From IMG/VR virus record IMGVR_UViG_3300003894_000008, positions 1 to 56,547 of that record: a DNA stretch of 56,547 nucleotides; one strand, given 5' to 3'. Below are positions 45,649-55,756 of this stretch, piece after piece. Origin of the DNA: a virus (taxonomy: Duplodnaviria > Caudoviricetes). Both the position numbers and the translations under genes were made by a program. Position 1 is the first letter of the stretch, and each line of letters starts with the position of its first letter. Under the pieces are notes generated by a model. It did no database searches. It saw only the letters and a list, made by a program, of their open reading frames with translations, and was not told the DNA's origin.

Positions 45649-46712
45649 TTTTTGTTCGCGGAGTGTTCACTTCTTGTCCACTCTGCATATCGGCTCATCG
45701 CCGTTTGCGCAAGCTTCATCTGACTGATCTGACGAGCATAATAATTCACCGTCTCATTCGTCTGCCCCGTGATAGATCCGGCCTCTGGGATCGTCACACC
45801 CAGCATCAACATCCGAATGACGGCATTCTTGCGAAGGCCATGCGTCTTCAGAGACGACTCCGCACCAAGAATACGCCTGCGCTCCGCCGTGTACTGCGAC
45901 CAGAAGTTATTGTAACGCAGCCGCACACCCGTCTCCGACATGAACAGATACTCACCCGCTCGCCCCATCCCGTCCCATAACGAAACAAGATCCGGATGCA
46001 GCGGGATATACAACTCCTTGCCAGTCTTCTGCTGCTTCACATACAGAACATCATCGTCACTCCGATCAGCATGGCGGATCATCAGGACATCACCGACACG
46101 CTGCCCCGTCAGCACGCACGTCAGCATCACCTGACGCACACGATCCGTTGTCTCGGCAAGAAAACGCTCAAGCACATCTTCAGGCCAAGGCATGTGTTCC
46201 CCCGTGCCAAGCTTGCGGATCGTCGTGCCTGAGAAGTCGGCAGGATTATGCTTGACCCTGCCCCTCGGTATAGACCAGCCGTAGATGATACGGATCACCT
46301 TCATCAACTGGTTCGCCTTTCCTGGCATATCCGCATAAGCGTCACGGATCTCCAAGATCTGCGGCATGTCAATGTCGGACGCATCTTCGTGACCCAGCAA
46401 CTCAACAGCTAGATCAATCGAATAACGATACTGCTGGCGGGTACGCCTGCCGAGGTTCAGGTAATCCTGAGATCCCATATAAGCAACGGCAAGATCGCGG
46501 AAGCTGCCGTCCAGTATCACCGTGTCGGCTGGCTGAACCGCTGCCTTCGGCTCCTCGTAACTGCTTAGGGCGTGCGCATAATCCACGATGAAGTCAGGAT
46601 CACTCGGAGCGCCGCGAAGACGTAAACGAGTGCTCCCTCTACGGAAATAATAATATCCCCGCTCGTACTTAACGTATTTAAGTTTTACGGTTTTGCTTGA
46701 TTCTGGCATCAA
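45630..46712 (-). CDS. int: tyrosine integrase
   Basis: TGQRVGD (R), QQKTG (K), HGLRK, TGQ, YYA (Y). Confidence 0.9.
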   Translation of the reverse strand: MMPESSKTVKLKYVKYERGYYYFRRGSTRLRLRGAPSDPDFIVDYAHALSSYEEPKAAVQPADTVILDGSFRDLAVAYMGSQDYLNLGRRTRQQYRYSIDLAVELLGHEDASDIDMPQILEIRDAYADMPGKANQLMKVIRIIYGWSIPRGRVKHNPADFSGTTIRKLGTGEHMPWPEDVLERFLAETTDRVRQVMLTCVLTGQRVGDVLMIRHADRSDDDVLYVKQQKTGKELYIPLHPDLVSLWDGMGRAGEYLFMSETGVRLRYNNFWSQYTAERRRILGAESSLKTHGLRKNAVIRMLMLGVTIPEAGSITGQTNETVNYYARQISQMKLAQTAMSRYAEWTRSEHSANKKVVNLY

Positions 46713-46941
46713 TCCTCTCCTTCATTGTGCTAGAAGTCTCTATTATACCACAATCATGTTGTATCCCGCTCAACTTATCGAGCGTCAGGTCTATTTTTTT
46801 CTTGTCGTAAACCTTCCGCGCCCCCAACTGAATCGGCTTCGGAAACCGACCAAGCCGCACATACGACCGGAACGTGTTCACCGAAACACCAACATAACAC
46901 GCCGCCTCCTTGGCGCTGATCAGGCGAGGAGGCAGGCTCAT
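46678..46941 (-). CDS. AlpA/excisionase-like HTH protein
   Basis: EAACYVGVS..TF...GRFPKPIQLG. Confidence 0.8.
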   Translation of the reverse strand: MSLPPRLISAKEAACYVGVSVNTFRSYVRLGRFPKPIQLGARKVYDKKKIDLTLDKLSGIQHDCGIIETSSTMKERIDARIKQNRKT

Positions 46942-47297
46942 TCGCCCCTCCCCATAGGCCAGACCACATCAACACCACGCCGTAACGCCTGATCCGCCAT
47001 ATTCCGCGTCCCAGCGCCACCAGGAAACGCAATCACAACATCCGGATCACCATCATCCAGCATCTGCTTGTTGCGAATAGGACCAGCCGCACGACCATGC
47101 GCCGACCAGTCGGCAGGATAAGGACGACACGCAATGCCGCGCAGGTTCGCCCATAACCCCGCCAAGCCATCAGCGCCACGCGCCGCACCATGAATAAGTA
47201 AACTCACCGGCTGCTCCTTGTGGAATTTATTCAGAGCCTCGGTCAGCCCATCCACATCACGGAAGTCCCTGCCGCCACATACCAATACCTTCGTCAT
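46938..47297 (-). CDS. DUF2493 / YspA-like SLOG protein
   Basis: VCGGRDF, HGAARGAD, PADW, AAGPIRN, AFPGGAGT. Confidence 0.85.
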   Translation of the reverse strand: MTKVLVCGGRDFRDVDGLTEALNKFHKEQPVSLLIHGAARGADGLAGLWANLRGIACRPYPADWSAHGRAAGPIRNKQMLDDGDPDVVIAFPGGAGTRNMADQALRRGVDVVWPMGRGE

Positions 47298-47476
47298 AAG
47301 CCTGCCTCATATGCCTCGACATCCTTCATCTTGTAACGAACGATGCCATCAAGTTTAACCCAGCGCGGCCCCTTACCCTTCTTGCGCCAACCATGAACAG
47401 TCTGCGTTTTCAGGCGCAGCCGCTCCGCCAGTTCATCCGTTGTCAGCCAGATCTGGACCTCATTCTCCTTCGTCAT
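47294..47476 (-). CDS. HTH_17 excisionase-like protein
   Basis: LTTDELAERL...WRKKGKGPRWVKL..VRY. Confidence 0.8.
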   Translation of the reverse strand: MTKENEVQIWLTTDELAERLRLKTQTVHGWRKKGKGPRWVKLDGIVRYKMKDVEAYEAGL

Positions 47477-47811
47477 GGCAAATCCCCTGCGGTCGGGAAA
47501 GGCGGTCGGCAGTAGTTGGCAAGCGTCTCTGTATACGCACCAGCAAAGCAAAGGCAGAACTGGTCCCACTCCGCCTGTGACGGGATGCGGTTGAAAGACA
47601 AGCCAATGGATTCCGCATATTGCATAGCGGCTGAACCCCCCTTCATGGCAGACATCTTCTCATTCGGTGTCGGGTCTATCATCTTGTGTGATTCCTTAAA
47701 TACAAATTCAAGCCAGTGCATATGCGCCATCGAGCAGGCCATTGCCTTCAGTCTCCGTGACGGCATGAAGCCGAAGCCCCGCGCCTCCCGATGGCACACA
47801 CGACACAGCAT
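47473..47811 (-). CDS. DUF6511-like protein
   Basis: CRVCHREARGFG...CSM, MIDPTPNE. Confidence 0.6.
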   Translation of the reverse strand: MLCRVCHREARGFGFMPSRRLKAMACSMAHMHWLEFVFKESHKMIDPTPNEKMSAMKGGSAAMQYAESIGLSFNRIPSQAEWDQFCLCFAGAYTETLANYCRPPFPTAGDLP

Positions 47812-48338
47812 TACCCCAGCACCACAGCGTCAATCTTATGGGTCAGATCCTGAATGGTTCCCTCGTTGTAAAGAACCGCATCAGGCTCAAAGCCATACAG
47901 AGTCTCGCTGGCATGACTATCATCATGCTTGATCCCAGGACGCATGATCTCGATCAGGATGCCACCCATGCTGCGCACGGCTGCGGCCTCATTCTCGAAA
48001 CGCACATCATCGGCAACAAGCACACCATCATGGTCCAGCACATCCCGCGCAACACGCTCCCACTGGAGAACCCAGAAGTCCTCACCCATGCAGTCGCGAC
48101 CCCACTCCGTTCCCAGCGACTGCATCGCCCAGCGCGGCGTGTTGCCATCCAGCAACGGCGACGGCTTCTCCTTCAGGCTTCCCTCGATATGCGCCTCACC
48201 CAGCCCCAGCGACCGGAGCATGGTCTTCAGCGGCTGCGCAAACTTGACCAGCGTGAAGCCAGCCCCTTCGACAAGGTAGCTTGACGCCACACCCTTGCCG
48301 CTTCCCTTCCTGCCACACAGGCCGACTACCTTTTGCAT
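47811..48338 (-). CDS. deoxynucleoside monophosphate kinase
   Basis: GRKGSGKG, FAQPLK, PRWAMQSLGTEWGR, DVRFENE, HASE. Confidence 0.9.
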   Translation of the reverse strand: MQKVVGLCGRKGSGKGVASSYLVEGAGFTLVKFAQPLKTMLRSLGLGEAHIEGSLKEKPSPLLDGNTPRWAMQSLGTEWGRDCMGEDFWVLQWERVARDVLDHDGVLVADDVRFENEAAAVRSMGGILIEIMRPGIKHDDSHASETLYGFEPDAVLYNEGTIQDLTHKIDAVVLG

Positions 48339-48572
48339 TTACGCGCATACCTTTTTGTCCAGAGGAATCCATCAAGTTTACAAACCATGCGAGCGAACAG
48401 GCGCACAGGGTAGGAATGCCAAAACAGGCTTCTATTCAATTTAACTTCTCCAATATGTCGAGGGTTACACACATGCCATCCAGCTTGCTTGCCGCCGTCA
48501 GGCAGATGTCGAGGTTGTGAAAGGTCCGGATCAGGTCGTAATAACCGTGATGCAGGACGATCAGGGCGAAGG

Positions 48573-48836
48573 TCATTTGTCTTCCCCTATCATCTGAACG
48601 ACATCTCTCTCAGCCCAACGATACGTCCTCCCCGTCTCGTGAGGTTCGCACGTCCTGAGACTGCGGATATGCTTGGATACGGTTACATTGCAGATCCGAT
48701 GACCAGCGACTTCAAAGATGTCGTCAGAAATTTCCACAGCGCAAGGCGTGCGCCTGAGTTGTGTGCTTAACTTGTGATACGAGCGCCACACCATGAAGCT
48801 GTTCACGATGCCATCAATCTCATGCTTGGTCTTCAT
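48573..48836 (-). CDS. hypothetical protein
   Basis: GGAGG RBS; ATGA coupling. Confidence 0.5.
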   Translation of the reverse strand: MKTKHEIDGIVNSFMVWRSYHKLSTQLRRTPCAVEISDDIFEVAGHRICNVTVSKHIRSLRTCEPHETGRTYRWAERDVVQMIGEDK

Positions 48837-49351
48837 GCGATCCTCCCGTAGAACTTGGCGGGGCCAAAGTAATTCTTGTCGAACAACGCCCACATGCAGT
48901 TTTCCTTGCCGACCTGACCGTTCCCCATCCAGGAAACACGCCCAACCGGCACGATGGATTGACACCGCTGGATGCACGCGCTCGACTGCTTGGTGAACAG
49001 CCAGTCCGAATAGAACAGCAACCATGTCGGCGCGATGTTGCTCAGGTGATCAATGATGTCGTGCAGCATCGGCGTTGCCCAAGGCGGATTGGTGATGAAC
49101 ACGTCACCGCGACAGTGCTGGACATCAAAAAGATTCTGCGTCTCGATGTCCTGACGCTGAGGCTCGATGTCCGTCATGCCGCCAGCGTGATGCCCGAAGG
49201 ACTGAAGAACATCGACCAGCGCCCCATCGCCTGCACACGGCTCATGGAAGACGGTTTCCGGACGCAGGTGCGACAGCAAAGGGATGACGGCGCTCTTCGG
49301 CGTCTGGTAAAAGTCTCTCGGCTTGCGCTCGAAGTTGGAATACTTACCCAT
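48833..49351 (-). CDS. DNA amino-methyltransferase (orphan)
   Basis: DFYQTP, EPCAGDG, ITNPPW. Confidence 0.85.
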   Translation of the reverse strand: MGKYSNFERKPRDFYQTPKSAVIPLLSHLRPETVFHEPCAGDGALVDVLQSFGHHAGGMTDIEPQRQDIETQNLFDVQHCRGDVFITNPPWATPMLHDIIDHLSNIAPTWLLFYSDWLFTKQSSACIQRCQSIVPVGRVSWMGNGQVGKENCMWALFDKNYFGPAKFYGRIA

Positions 49352-49553
49352 AATGTTGAAACCCCCAGTAAACGGCGATGTTCCTGAGAACAGCGGCGAC
49401 GGTATAGATTGATGTGATTAACAGGCTCACCGACTTGCGGCGTGCGGCGTGCAGGCCAAACAGGGGGAGCATGTAATAAGTGAGGAGCAGGCTGATAAAG
49501 AAACCAACCCCCACGTTGACGAACGAGAACACTGTCGATTCAAGCAAACTCAA
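49344..49553 (-). CDS. small two-TM membrane protein (start uncertain)
   Basis: SLLES...NVGVGFFIS...IYTVAAVLRN. Confidence 0.55.
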   Translation of the reverse strand: MSLLESTVFSFVNVGVGFFISLLLTYYMLPLFGLHAARRKSVSLLITSIYTVAAVLRNIAVYWGFQHYG

Positions 49554-51126
49554 CCTCCATGATCTTCGAGTATTTGCCCTCTGGCTTGACCTTGATACGG
49601 ACAGGTGACGGGGCATATTGACGGGATTGCTCGATAGCGTGCTGGCAATCGAGCGGCGCAGCGGCACCAGGAAATCTTGTTGACCACCACTGCTGCGCCT
49701 TCTGGCGTGCGTAACCTTCATGTTCGAAACAAACCCACTCGCTAAACTTTTCGCGACCAGCGGCGCACATATAATCAACGCGCATGGAACGGGTTTTTCC
49801 TGGACGTGCGTGCATCGAGTAATTGGTGAACATCACATCCCAGATCATCGGCCTGATCTGGCTGGTCAGGATGGCGTCTGTCGCGGCGGAGCGTGACAGC
49901 TTGATTTCCGGTGGCGGGAACTCATGCTCGCACACCGGACAGATCCTGACGGCTGCGTGCAGGATCGTGTCGCAGTCGGGGCAGATTTTTATTGGCGCTT
50001 CTCCGTCGCCGTCGCCCTTCACTTCCTTGACGTTCAATTGATCGAGGGGGCCGTGTCGTGCAACGTTACGAGCGAAGTCCAGAACGAGGCAATCCTCCTT
50101 GCCCTCGGCAATGCGCGTGCCGCGACCGATCATCTGCACATGCAGGCCAGTGGATTCTGTCGGGCGCATCAGCGCAATCAAGTCCGTGCCAGGAGCGTTG
50201 AAGCCCGTGGTCAGGACATTGGCATTGGTCAGGGCGCGAAGCCTGCCAGCCTTGAAGTCGGCAATGATGCGGTCGCGCTCGGCTGGGTTGGTTTCACCAA
50301 GAACGGTTTCGCACGAATAACCTTTTTCACGGATCGCCTTGGCAACGGCTTGGGCGTGCTTTACGCCGGAGCAAAAGATCAACCAAGACCCTCGCTCCTG
50401 TCCCTGCTCGATGATCTCATTGACAGCGGCCTCTGTGATCTCGTCATTGTTGACAGCGGCCTCCAGTTCGCCAGCAATGAACTCACCGCCGCGACGGTGC
50501 ACGCCATCAACACTTAATTCTGTAACGGTTTGTTTCGGGACTGGTGCGCAGAGATAACCCTGCTCGATCATGTCAGCGATGCCAGCCTCGTAACAGATGT
50601 CCGTGAAGATCGCGCCATCGCCCTTGTGCAGCATCCCGCTATCAAGGCGGTATGGCGTAGCGGTCAGGCCGATAACCTTAAGGCGCGGGTTCTTTTCCTG
50701 CATGGCAGCAAGCGCCTTGCCATACATCGTGTTCGCGTTGCGCGGGATCAAGTGCGCTTCGTCAATGATAACCAGATCGAAGCGATTAAAACTCGATACT
50801 TTTCTGACAAAAGACTGGATGCCAGCATAGACAATCTGCGAATACATATCGCGGCGACCGACACCGGCAGAGTAGATCCCTGCCGGTGCGTGAGGCCACA
50901 GGCCAATGAGTTCGTCGTAATTCTGCGCGATCAATTCCTTAACGTGAGTCAGCATCAGGACTCGCGTCGAGGGATAACGCTCAATGGCAGAGCGAACGAA
51001 CTCGCCCAAGACGATTGACTTCCCCGTACCAGTCGGCAGAACGATCAGCGGGTTGCCATCGTTCGACATGAAATACTGGTAGATGGAGTCAATCGACTCG
51101 CGCTGGTATGGCCTGAGTTCAATCAT
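49540..51126 (-). CDS. SF2 DEAH helicase with Zn ribbon (RadD/YejH-like)
   Basis: LRPYQ, PTGTGKS, DEAH, TATP, QMIGRG, CPDC..CPVC. Confidence 0.92.
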   Translation of the reverse strand: MIELRPYQRESIDSIYQYFMSNDGNPLIVLPTGTGKSIVLGEFVRSAIERYPSTRVLMLTHVKELIAQNYDELIGLWPHAPAGIYSAGVGRRDMYSQIVYAGIQSFVRKVSSFNRFDLVIIDEAHLIPRNANTMYGKALAAMQEKNPRLKVIGLTATPYRLDSGMLHKGDGAIFTDICYEAGIADMIEQGYLCAPVPKQTVTELSVDGVHRRGGEFIAGELEAAVNNDEITEAAVNEIIEQGQERGSWLIFCSGVKHAQAVAKAIREKGYSCETVLGETNPAERDRIIADFKAGRLRALTNANVLTTGFNAPGTDLIALMRPTESTGLHVQMIGRGTRIAEGKEDCLVLDFARNVARHGPLDQLNVKEVKGDGDGEAPIKICPDCDTILHAAVRICPVCEHEFPPPEIKLSRSAATDAILTSQIRPMIWDVMFTNYSMHARPGKTRSMRVDYMCAAGREKFSEWVCFEHEGYARQKAQQWWSTRFPGAAAPLDCQHAIEQSRQYAPSPVRIKVKPEGKYSKIMEVEFA

Positions 51127-51797
51127 GTGATGTCGATGCGAACAGGCTGACGACGAACCAGTGCCAGCCTGCACTTGGCTGGGTTGACAGTTACGCCTGT
51201 GCTTTTATCCTCAAGCACGGGATCATAGCCATCAAGCTCGCACGCCTTAATCGCACTCTCATAGGCACGCCACGCCTTTTGAAGATCTGCAATTGGGTCT
51301 TTAAACTCGATGATAGGAAGATTCGGTTGGGTGGGAGTCTTGGCCTTCTTTGTCGGCCCATCGCCAACAATTGAAGAAAGATCAATCTCTATGCTTTTGC
51401 CATGCTGGAATGCAGCTTCAAGAACAGTGATCTTGGATTTATAGCGTGCTGGGAAGTTGGCTTTTTGTTTCGCGAGTTGAGCAAAGGCAATCTCGGTGCC
51501 AGCTTGTAAAACTTTTAGAGCAATCTTCACGCCATTGATCTGGTCAGTTGTGACCCTTAAAACTTTTCGGCTCGCGATGTACTTAGCAATAACCCTGTCG
51601 TGAATGGTGAACCCTGCGCCCATAAGGTCGGGCATCTCTATGTTTATGTGAATCGCTTCACCTGTGATCGAGGTTCTAACGGGGATCACACCAGCCTCTG
51701 AACTGGCCTGCTTTTCTCTGTTCTTGAAAAAATTAACTTGATTTGAGTTAAGTTTTTTTTCTGACACTTCTATTGCGTTAGCTAATGCGGTAGTCAT
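51123..51797 (-). CDS. hypothetical protein
   Basis: ATGA-coupled on both sides; more AT-rich than its neighbours. Confidence 0.6.
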   Translation of the reverse strand: MTTALANAIEVSEKKLNSNQVNFFKNREKQASSEAGVIPVRTSITGEAIHINIEMPDLMGAGFTIHDRVIAKYIASRKVLRVTTDQINGVKIALKVLQAGTEIAFAQLAKQKANFPARYKSKITVLEAAFQHGKSIEIDLSSIVGDGPTKKAKTPTQPNLPIIEFKDPIADLQKAWRAYESAIKACELDGYDPVLEDKSTGVTVNPAKCRLALVRRQPVRIDIT

Positions 51798-52756
51798 CCT
51801 TCGTCCTTCCATGTAGTGCCGTCTGGCATTGTGTATTCCACCCAGTTCCCTTCATCGCTTCCGCCGGAAACGGTTCCAGGAATAAGGCAGGGGAGGTAGC
51901 GCTGCTCTTCGCAGCCGACTTCTTGAAGCTCAGGCGATATGAATTGACCGCTTCGATTGCACGCCCAGCCACCCTCTTCGCAGACGATGGCGTGCAGGCA
52001 TGTGCGACAGTTGCGATCAGCCGCCTTTCCTTCGTGGCATATCTCTGAGAAATCACACCAGCGGCACTTGTAGAAATCAGGTGTGCCGATTCTTTCCGGT
52101 GCGGAATCAGAGAAGATGATCCGCTTCGCCTTCTCTTTTAAGTTCTGTGCTTCGTTCGGATCTTCGTTTGTGCGGACGCTGGTATAAGCGCGACCGCCAG
52201 GAGTGCAGGCTGTCAGGTAGTGGCGGGAGTATCCGCCGTATTCCATATAAAGGACGCCCTGCGCGTAGTACACTTGGTCCCATTGGCGCAGGGCGCTCTT
52301 TTCCCCCACCTTATCTTTCAAGTCATTTAGTTTCTTAAACTTCTTCTCGTTGATTGACTTGTGTTCCCACACATGCGGCGTCACGGGAGCCTGCAAGATC
52401 CCCGTAATGTCGCCGTCCATGTGGCCCCGAAAGTGACCGCCGAAATCGGAGTATCCGATCTGGCGACCACTCGCAGGATCTAGCGTCAGGAGAGTAACGC
52501 CAGAGATTGCACGCAGACGTTCAATCGCAACGTCCTCTTGCGTGAAGCCGTCATCAAAGGCGCGGAGAGTTGACGCCTTGAAGACGACATTCATAGCCCA
52601 GCGAAACTGATACCAAAGCATCCGTGCGCATTCGTTGCCAATCGAGGACATGCCAAGGTAGAGACGCCGCTTCTTCCGGCGGCTTATCTCGACCATCGCA
52701 TCATCCATAGCGTCGAGCGTCGGGTCAGTTTCGGGGGGCCATGTAACATTCGTCAT
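51794..52756 (-). CDS. Cas4/YqaJ-like PD-(D/E)XK exonuclease
   Basis: YLGMSSIG.EC.R, GHMDG, WEHKS, Q..LYM, CRWCDF..IC, NCRTC. Confidence 0.85.
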   Translation of the reverse strand: MTNVTWPPETDPTLDAMDDAMVEISRRKKRRLYLGMSSIGNECARMLWYQFRWAMNVVFKASTLRAFDDGFTQEDVAIERLRAISGVTLLTLDPASGRQIGYSDFGGHFRGHMDGDITGILQAPVTPHVWEHKSINEKKFKKLNDLKDKVGEKSALRQWDQVYYAQGVLYMEYGGYSRHYLTACTPGGRAYTSVRTNEDPNEAQNLKEKAKRIIFSDSAPERIGTPDFYKCRWCDFSEICHEGKAADRNCRTCLHAIVCEEGGWACNRSGQFISPELQEVGCEEQRYLPCLIPGTVSGGSDEGNWVEYTMPDGTTWKDEG

Positions 52757-52878
52757 TTAATCTTCCTTCGCCTCTTCACAAGGAGGGCATTCGGGATTGT
52801 CGTGGAAGCCTTCGAGTTGTTGAGGGACCAGCGGCCCCTCAACTTCGACAACGGTTACGCCGTCACTCGCCCAGACCT

Positions 52879-53424
52879 TCATCCCCAAGGTGCCGATCCG
52901 GCTGGAGGTGTGGCTGGCGTTGCGGGTGCAGCGGGGAAGCCGCCTGCGGCTTGCTCTGCCGCAGGAGCGGCAGCAGCAGCAGCGGAAGCAGCAGCGGCCT
53001 CGGCGGCAGTAGGAGCAGCAGGAGCAGCAGGAGCCGCCGCTTCAGGCATGATGAAACGCGCAATGTCGTTGCGGGTTGGATCATTCTTCTGCAAGCGAAC
53101 AGATGCCACACACACGCGCCCTGCGAGTTCATTCACATCGTTATTGATGCGAGGAACGCCACAGGCCAGCGCCATGTTTCCAAGATCACGCATACCCATC
53201 TCACGCACATCGGTCTTTGCGTGGAAGATGTTAATGTTGAACCACAGCTTGCGGCCTTGGAACTCGGCGGGATTAACCACGTCGAACTCGCAGACCACAC
53301 CGCCGCCAGTGCTGTTTGTCTTGGCGGTAGTGAACATCAACTGGTAGTCGCCAACCGGCAGCGGCTCAAATTCTCCGCCGCCAGCGTGATCAGCAGCTTC
53401 AAAGGGGGTTTGTAATTGCGTCAT
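52879..53424 (-). CDS. DUF669 ssDNA-binding protein
   Basis: FEPLPVGDY, GRKLW, Ala/Pro tail ending APWG; follows Sak4. Confidence 0.8.
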   Translation of the reverse strand: MTQLQTPFEAADHAGGGEFEPLPVGDYQLMFTTAKTNSTGGGVVCEFDVVNPAEFQGRKLWFNINIFHAKTDVREMGMRDLGNMALACGVPRINNDVNELAGRVCVASVRLQKNDPTRNDIARFIMPEAAAPAAPAAPTAAEAAAASAAAAAAPAAEQAAGGFPAAPATPATPPAGSAPWG

Positions 53425-54206
53425 TCTGCAATTCCTTTCTGATTAAAAAACGGGATAGTGTTTGAGAGGGAGTCCCATGCGAGCGGCATATCCGCAGGCA
53501 TGGCGTAGCGATTCTTGGCCTGAAAGGCCGGTCGCTCTTCGGTGTAGAGAAGCCGCTCACCAGATCCGATGGCGCGTGTCTTCTTGTTCCCGAAACCTTG
53601 ATCGCTCTGAGTCGTGGCGACTCGATAGTTTGTGAAGAGAATGCAATCGGCCCATTCACGCACCTTGGCGCTCGCGCCCTTGTGCAGCTTCACTTGATAG
53701 CGGTCGTAGGGTTCGCTTGATGGATCATCGAAGCGTTTGACTTCGCTGTGCGCTACGAGGATGACTGCCATCCCCTTTTCGTCGCGCAGGTAGTTAAGCG
53801 CCTTGATGAAATCCAGCCAGTAATCGAGGGCGATGCCGTAGCCCTTACCGAAGCCGTAATCATCAATGTGATTAACAGCGTGACCCTTCTCATTGGTCGG
53901 GTGCTTGGTGAGGGTGTGCTGCCAGACCAGATTCTCTAACCAGTCAAGCGAGTCGACAACCAGCGTCTTGTATTTGTGATCTTCGGTAGCCAGCGAGGAC
54001 ATCGCCTCGATCACATCTTCGTAGGTCTTCGCGAGAGGAAAGTGCGGGACATCAATCACGCCCAGCCCGTCCTCGGTTTGGATAAAGATCGCATCCGGAG
54101 CCGCAGCGGCGAGCGATGTCTTGCCGATGCCTTCCACCCCGTACACGATCATTCGAGGCGGCGTAGATGTTGCCCCCTGCGAAATGTCTTTAAGAGACAA
54201 CGCCAT
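53421..54206 (-). CDS. sak4: Sak4-like AAA_24 ssDNA-annealing ATPase
   Basis: YGVEGIGKTS, VVDSLDWLE, GFGKGY, LVAH, EWADCILF, AKNRY. Confidence 0.88.
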   Translation of the reverse strand: MALSLKDISQGATSTPPRMIVYGVEGIGKTSLAAAAPDAIFIQTEDGLGVIDVPHFPLAKTYEDVIEAMSSLATEDHKYKTLVVDSLDWLENLVWQHTLTKHPTNEKGHAVNHIDDYGFGKGYGIALDYWLDFIKALNYLRDEKGMAVILVAHSEVKRFDDPSSEPYDRYQVKLHKGASAKVREWADCILFTNYRVATTQSDQGFGNKKTRAIGSGERLLYTEERPAFQAKNRYAMPADMPLAWDSLSNTIPFFNQKGIAE

Positions 54207-54694
54207 TATTCAGCGTCCTTTCGTTTTATCTTGAATGTGGTTTTGCCAGGAGCAACGGTTCGGGCAGGGTTGAAAGATGCCTGCCAGTCTGGCGGTAGCG
54301 CCTGATAGGTACGCTCCTGAACGCCATACTTGACGCTCACGTACTTATCGGGGTCGGTGATTGCGGGATCTGCGACCAGTCGCTCGCGGAGGTCGCCCAG
54401 CTTTTCTTGATCCCAGTTCACACGGCGGGGTTTATCCACGCTCAATGTTATTGTGTCAGAATCAATGTGAACGACGCCGAGAGGCTCGTCCTTGTTCAGA
54501 TAAGCTTCTTTAATGGCTTCTTTAAACTTGAGTTCGATAGCTGCATCGAGCATAAAGCGTATGGAATCGAGAACTGATTTTTCTGCTTTTAGTTGCTCTG
54601 TAATCGTGGCGAAAACGCTATCGGGTAGTTCGCTCACGTCTTCAACTGACATAGCCAGAAGGTCATGCAGTTGTGGAGTATTGGGGATATTCAT
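54206..54694 (-). CDS. conserved recombination-module protein
   Basis: RVNWDQEKL...PARTVAPGK; first gene of the leftward operon. Confidence 0.7.
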   Translation of the reverse strand: MNIPNTPQLHDLLAMSVEDVSELPDSVFATITEQLKAEKSVLDSIRFMLDAAIELKFKEAIKEAYLNKDEPLGVVHIDSDTITLSVDKPRRVNWDQEKLGDLRERLVADPAITDPDKYVSVKYGVQERTYQALPPDWQASFNPARTVAPGKTTFKIKRKDAE

Positions 54695-54734
54695 TGTTTA
54701 TCCTCGTATAGAGTTTAGCCTGACTAAACGCACC

Positions 54735-54756
54735 ATGCGTAAATCGGCATACGCAT
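54735..54756. promoter_or_regulatory. candidate repressor operator
   Basis: ATGCGTA-N8-TACGCAT inverted repeat in the divergent intergenic region. Confidence 0.45.
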
Positions 54757-54888
54757 AATCGCAGAGATAAACAAAATAGGAATAGTAAAAAATGATACTA
54801 TATGCTAAAATATCTTTTGACACTGGGGAGTGCAGGGCAATACTTTTCGCGATTCGTATCACAGGGGATATGCAAAGGAGAGATTGCT

Positions 54889-55515
54889 ATGAAGTCCATT
54901 GACGGAGAATGGTTTAAAGAAAGACTTAGAGAGATTAGAAAGTCACAAGCTGGATTATCTCGGCACATAGGAGCGAACACAGCGACCGTTAATCACATGC
55001 TGCATGGTCGTCGTACAATGTTGCTACCGGAGGTAGAGGACATTGCACGTTATTTAGAGGTCACACCTGCTGAGATCTTGATGCGTGTCGGCCTCCCTAT
55101 CGTCGCCATCCCTGAGAACACCCAGGCCATACCATTAGCGGAAGATAGCGACGGCGAACTCAAGGCGTCGGGATCTAATGGCTGGATCATTCCGAAAGAT
55201 TTTATCTCGAACAACCTGAACGCCACCCCAGAGGGGCTGGTCATTACTGAAGTTAAGGACGATTGCATGTCGCCGACCATGCGCGTTGGTGATCGTGTGC
55301 TGATCGACACTAGCCACACAAAACCAACACCGGCTGGCGTGTTCGCTATCAATGATGGGTTCGGGGTGTCGCTAAAGAGGATTGCGCATCTGCTGCACAG
55401 CAACCCGCCAGAACTGCGCGTCACGTCTGATTCTTCTGATGAAGACGCCGCCACAGTCCCAGCGAGTGACCTTAAAATCTTAGGCCGCGCTGTCTGCGTC
55501 TTGAATAGACTCTGA
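54889..55515 (+). CDS. CI-like repressor (HTH plus S24 peptidase)
   Basis: SQAGLSRHIG HTH; DCMSPT..GD.VLID; LKR. Confidence 0.85.
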   Translation: MKSIDGEWFKERLREIRKSQAGLSRHIGANTATVNHMLHGRRTMLLPEVEDIARYLEVTPAEILMRVGLPIVAIPENTQAIPLAEDSDGELKASGSNGWIIPKDFISNNLNATPEGLVITEVKDDCMSPTMRVGDRVLIDTSHTKPTPAGVFAINDGFGVSLKRIAHLLHSNPPELRVTSDSSDEDAATVPASDLKILGRAVCVLNRL

Positions 55516-55756
55516 TTCGTTTAGCATTCTGCCGATGGTTTCGTCTGCTAAGTATAGAAGGCTGGTGACGGTCGCTCGTTCTCGTTTGTCATCAGCCAAT
55601 CTTGCGCCACGAATCAGCGCCGCAAGATTGTGTATTTCAAAATTATCCATTAACACACCCTATAATTATATTTATCTGAAATAATTATGCCCCTTACACC
55701 GCTTAGATATTATTGAGCGGTGAAAAAACATACTCAAAATATTTGCAACAAGTGAT

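Noticed and set aside
51794-52756. CRISPR-associated cas4
   Set aside because: No array or other cas genes; the context is the usual Sak4-SSB-exonuclease-helicase module.
52900-53045. GCAGCAGGA-type microsatellite
   Set aside because: Encodes the ordinary Ala/Pro disordered tail of the SSB.
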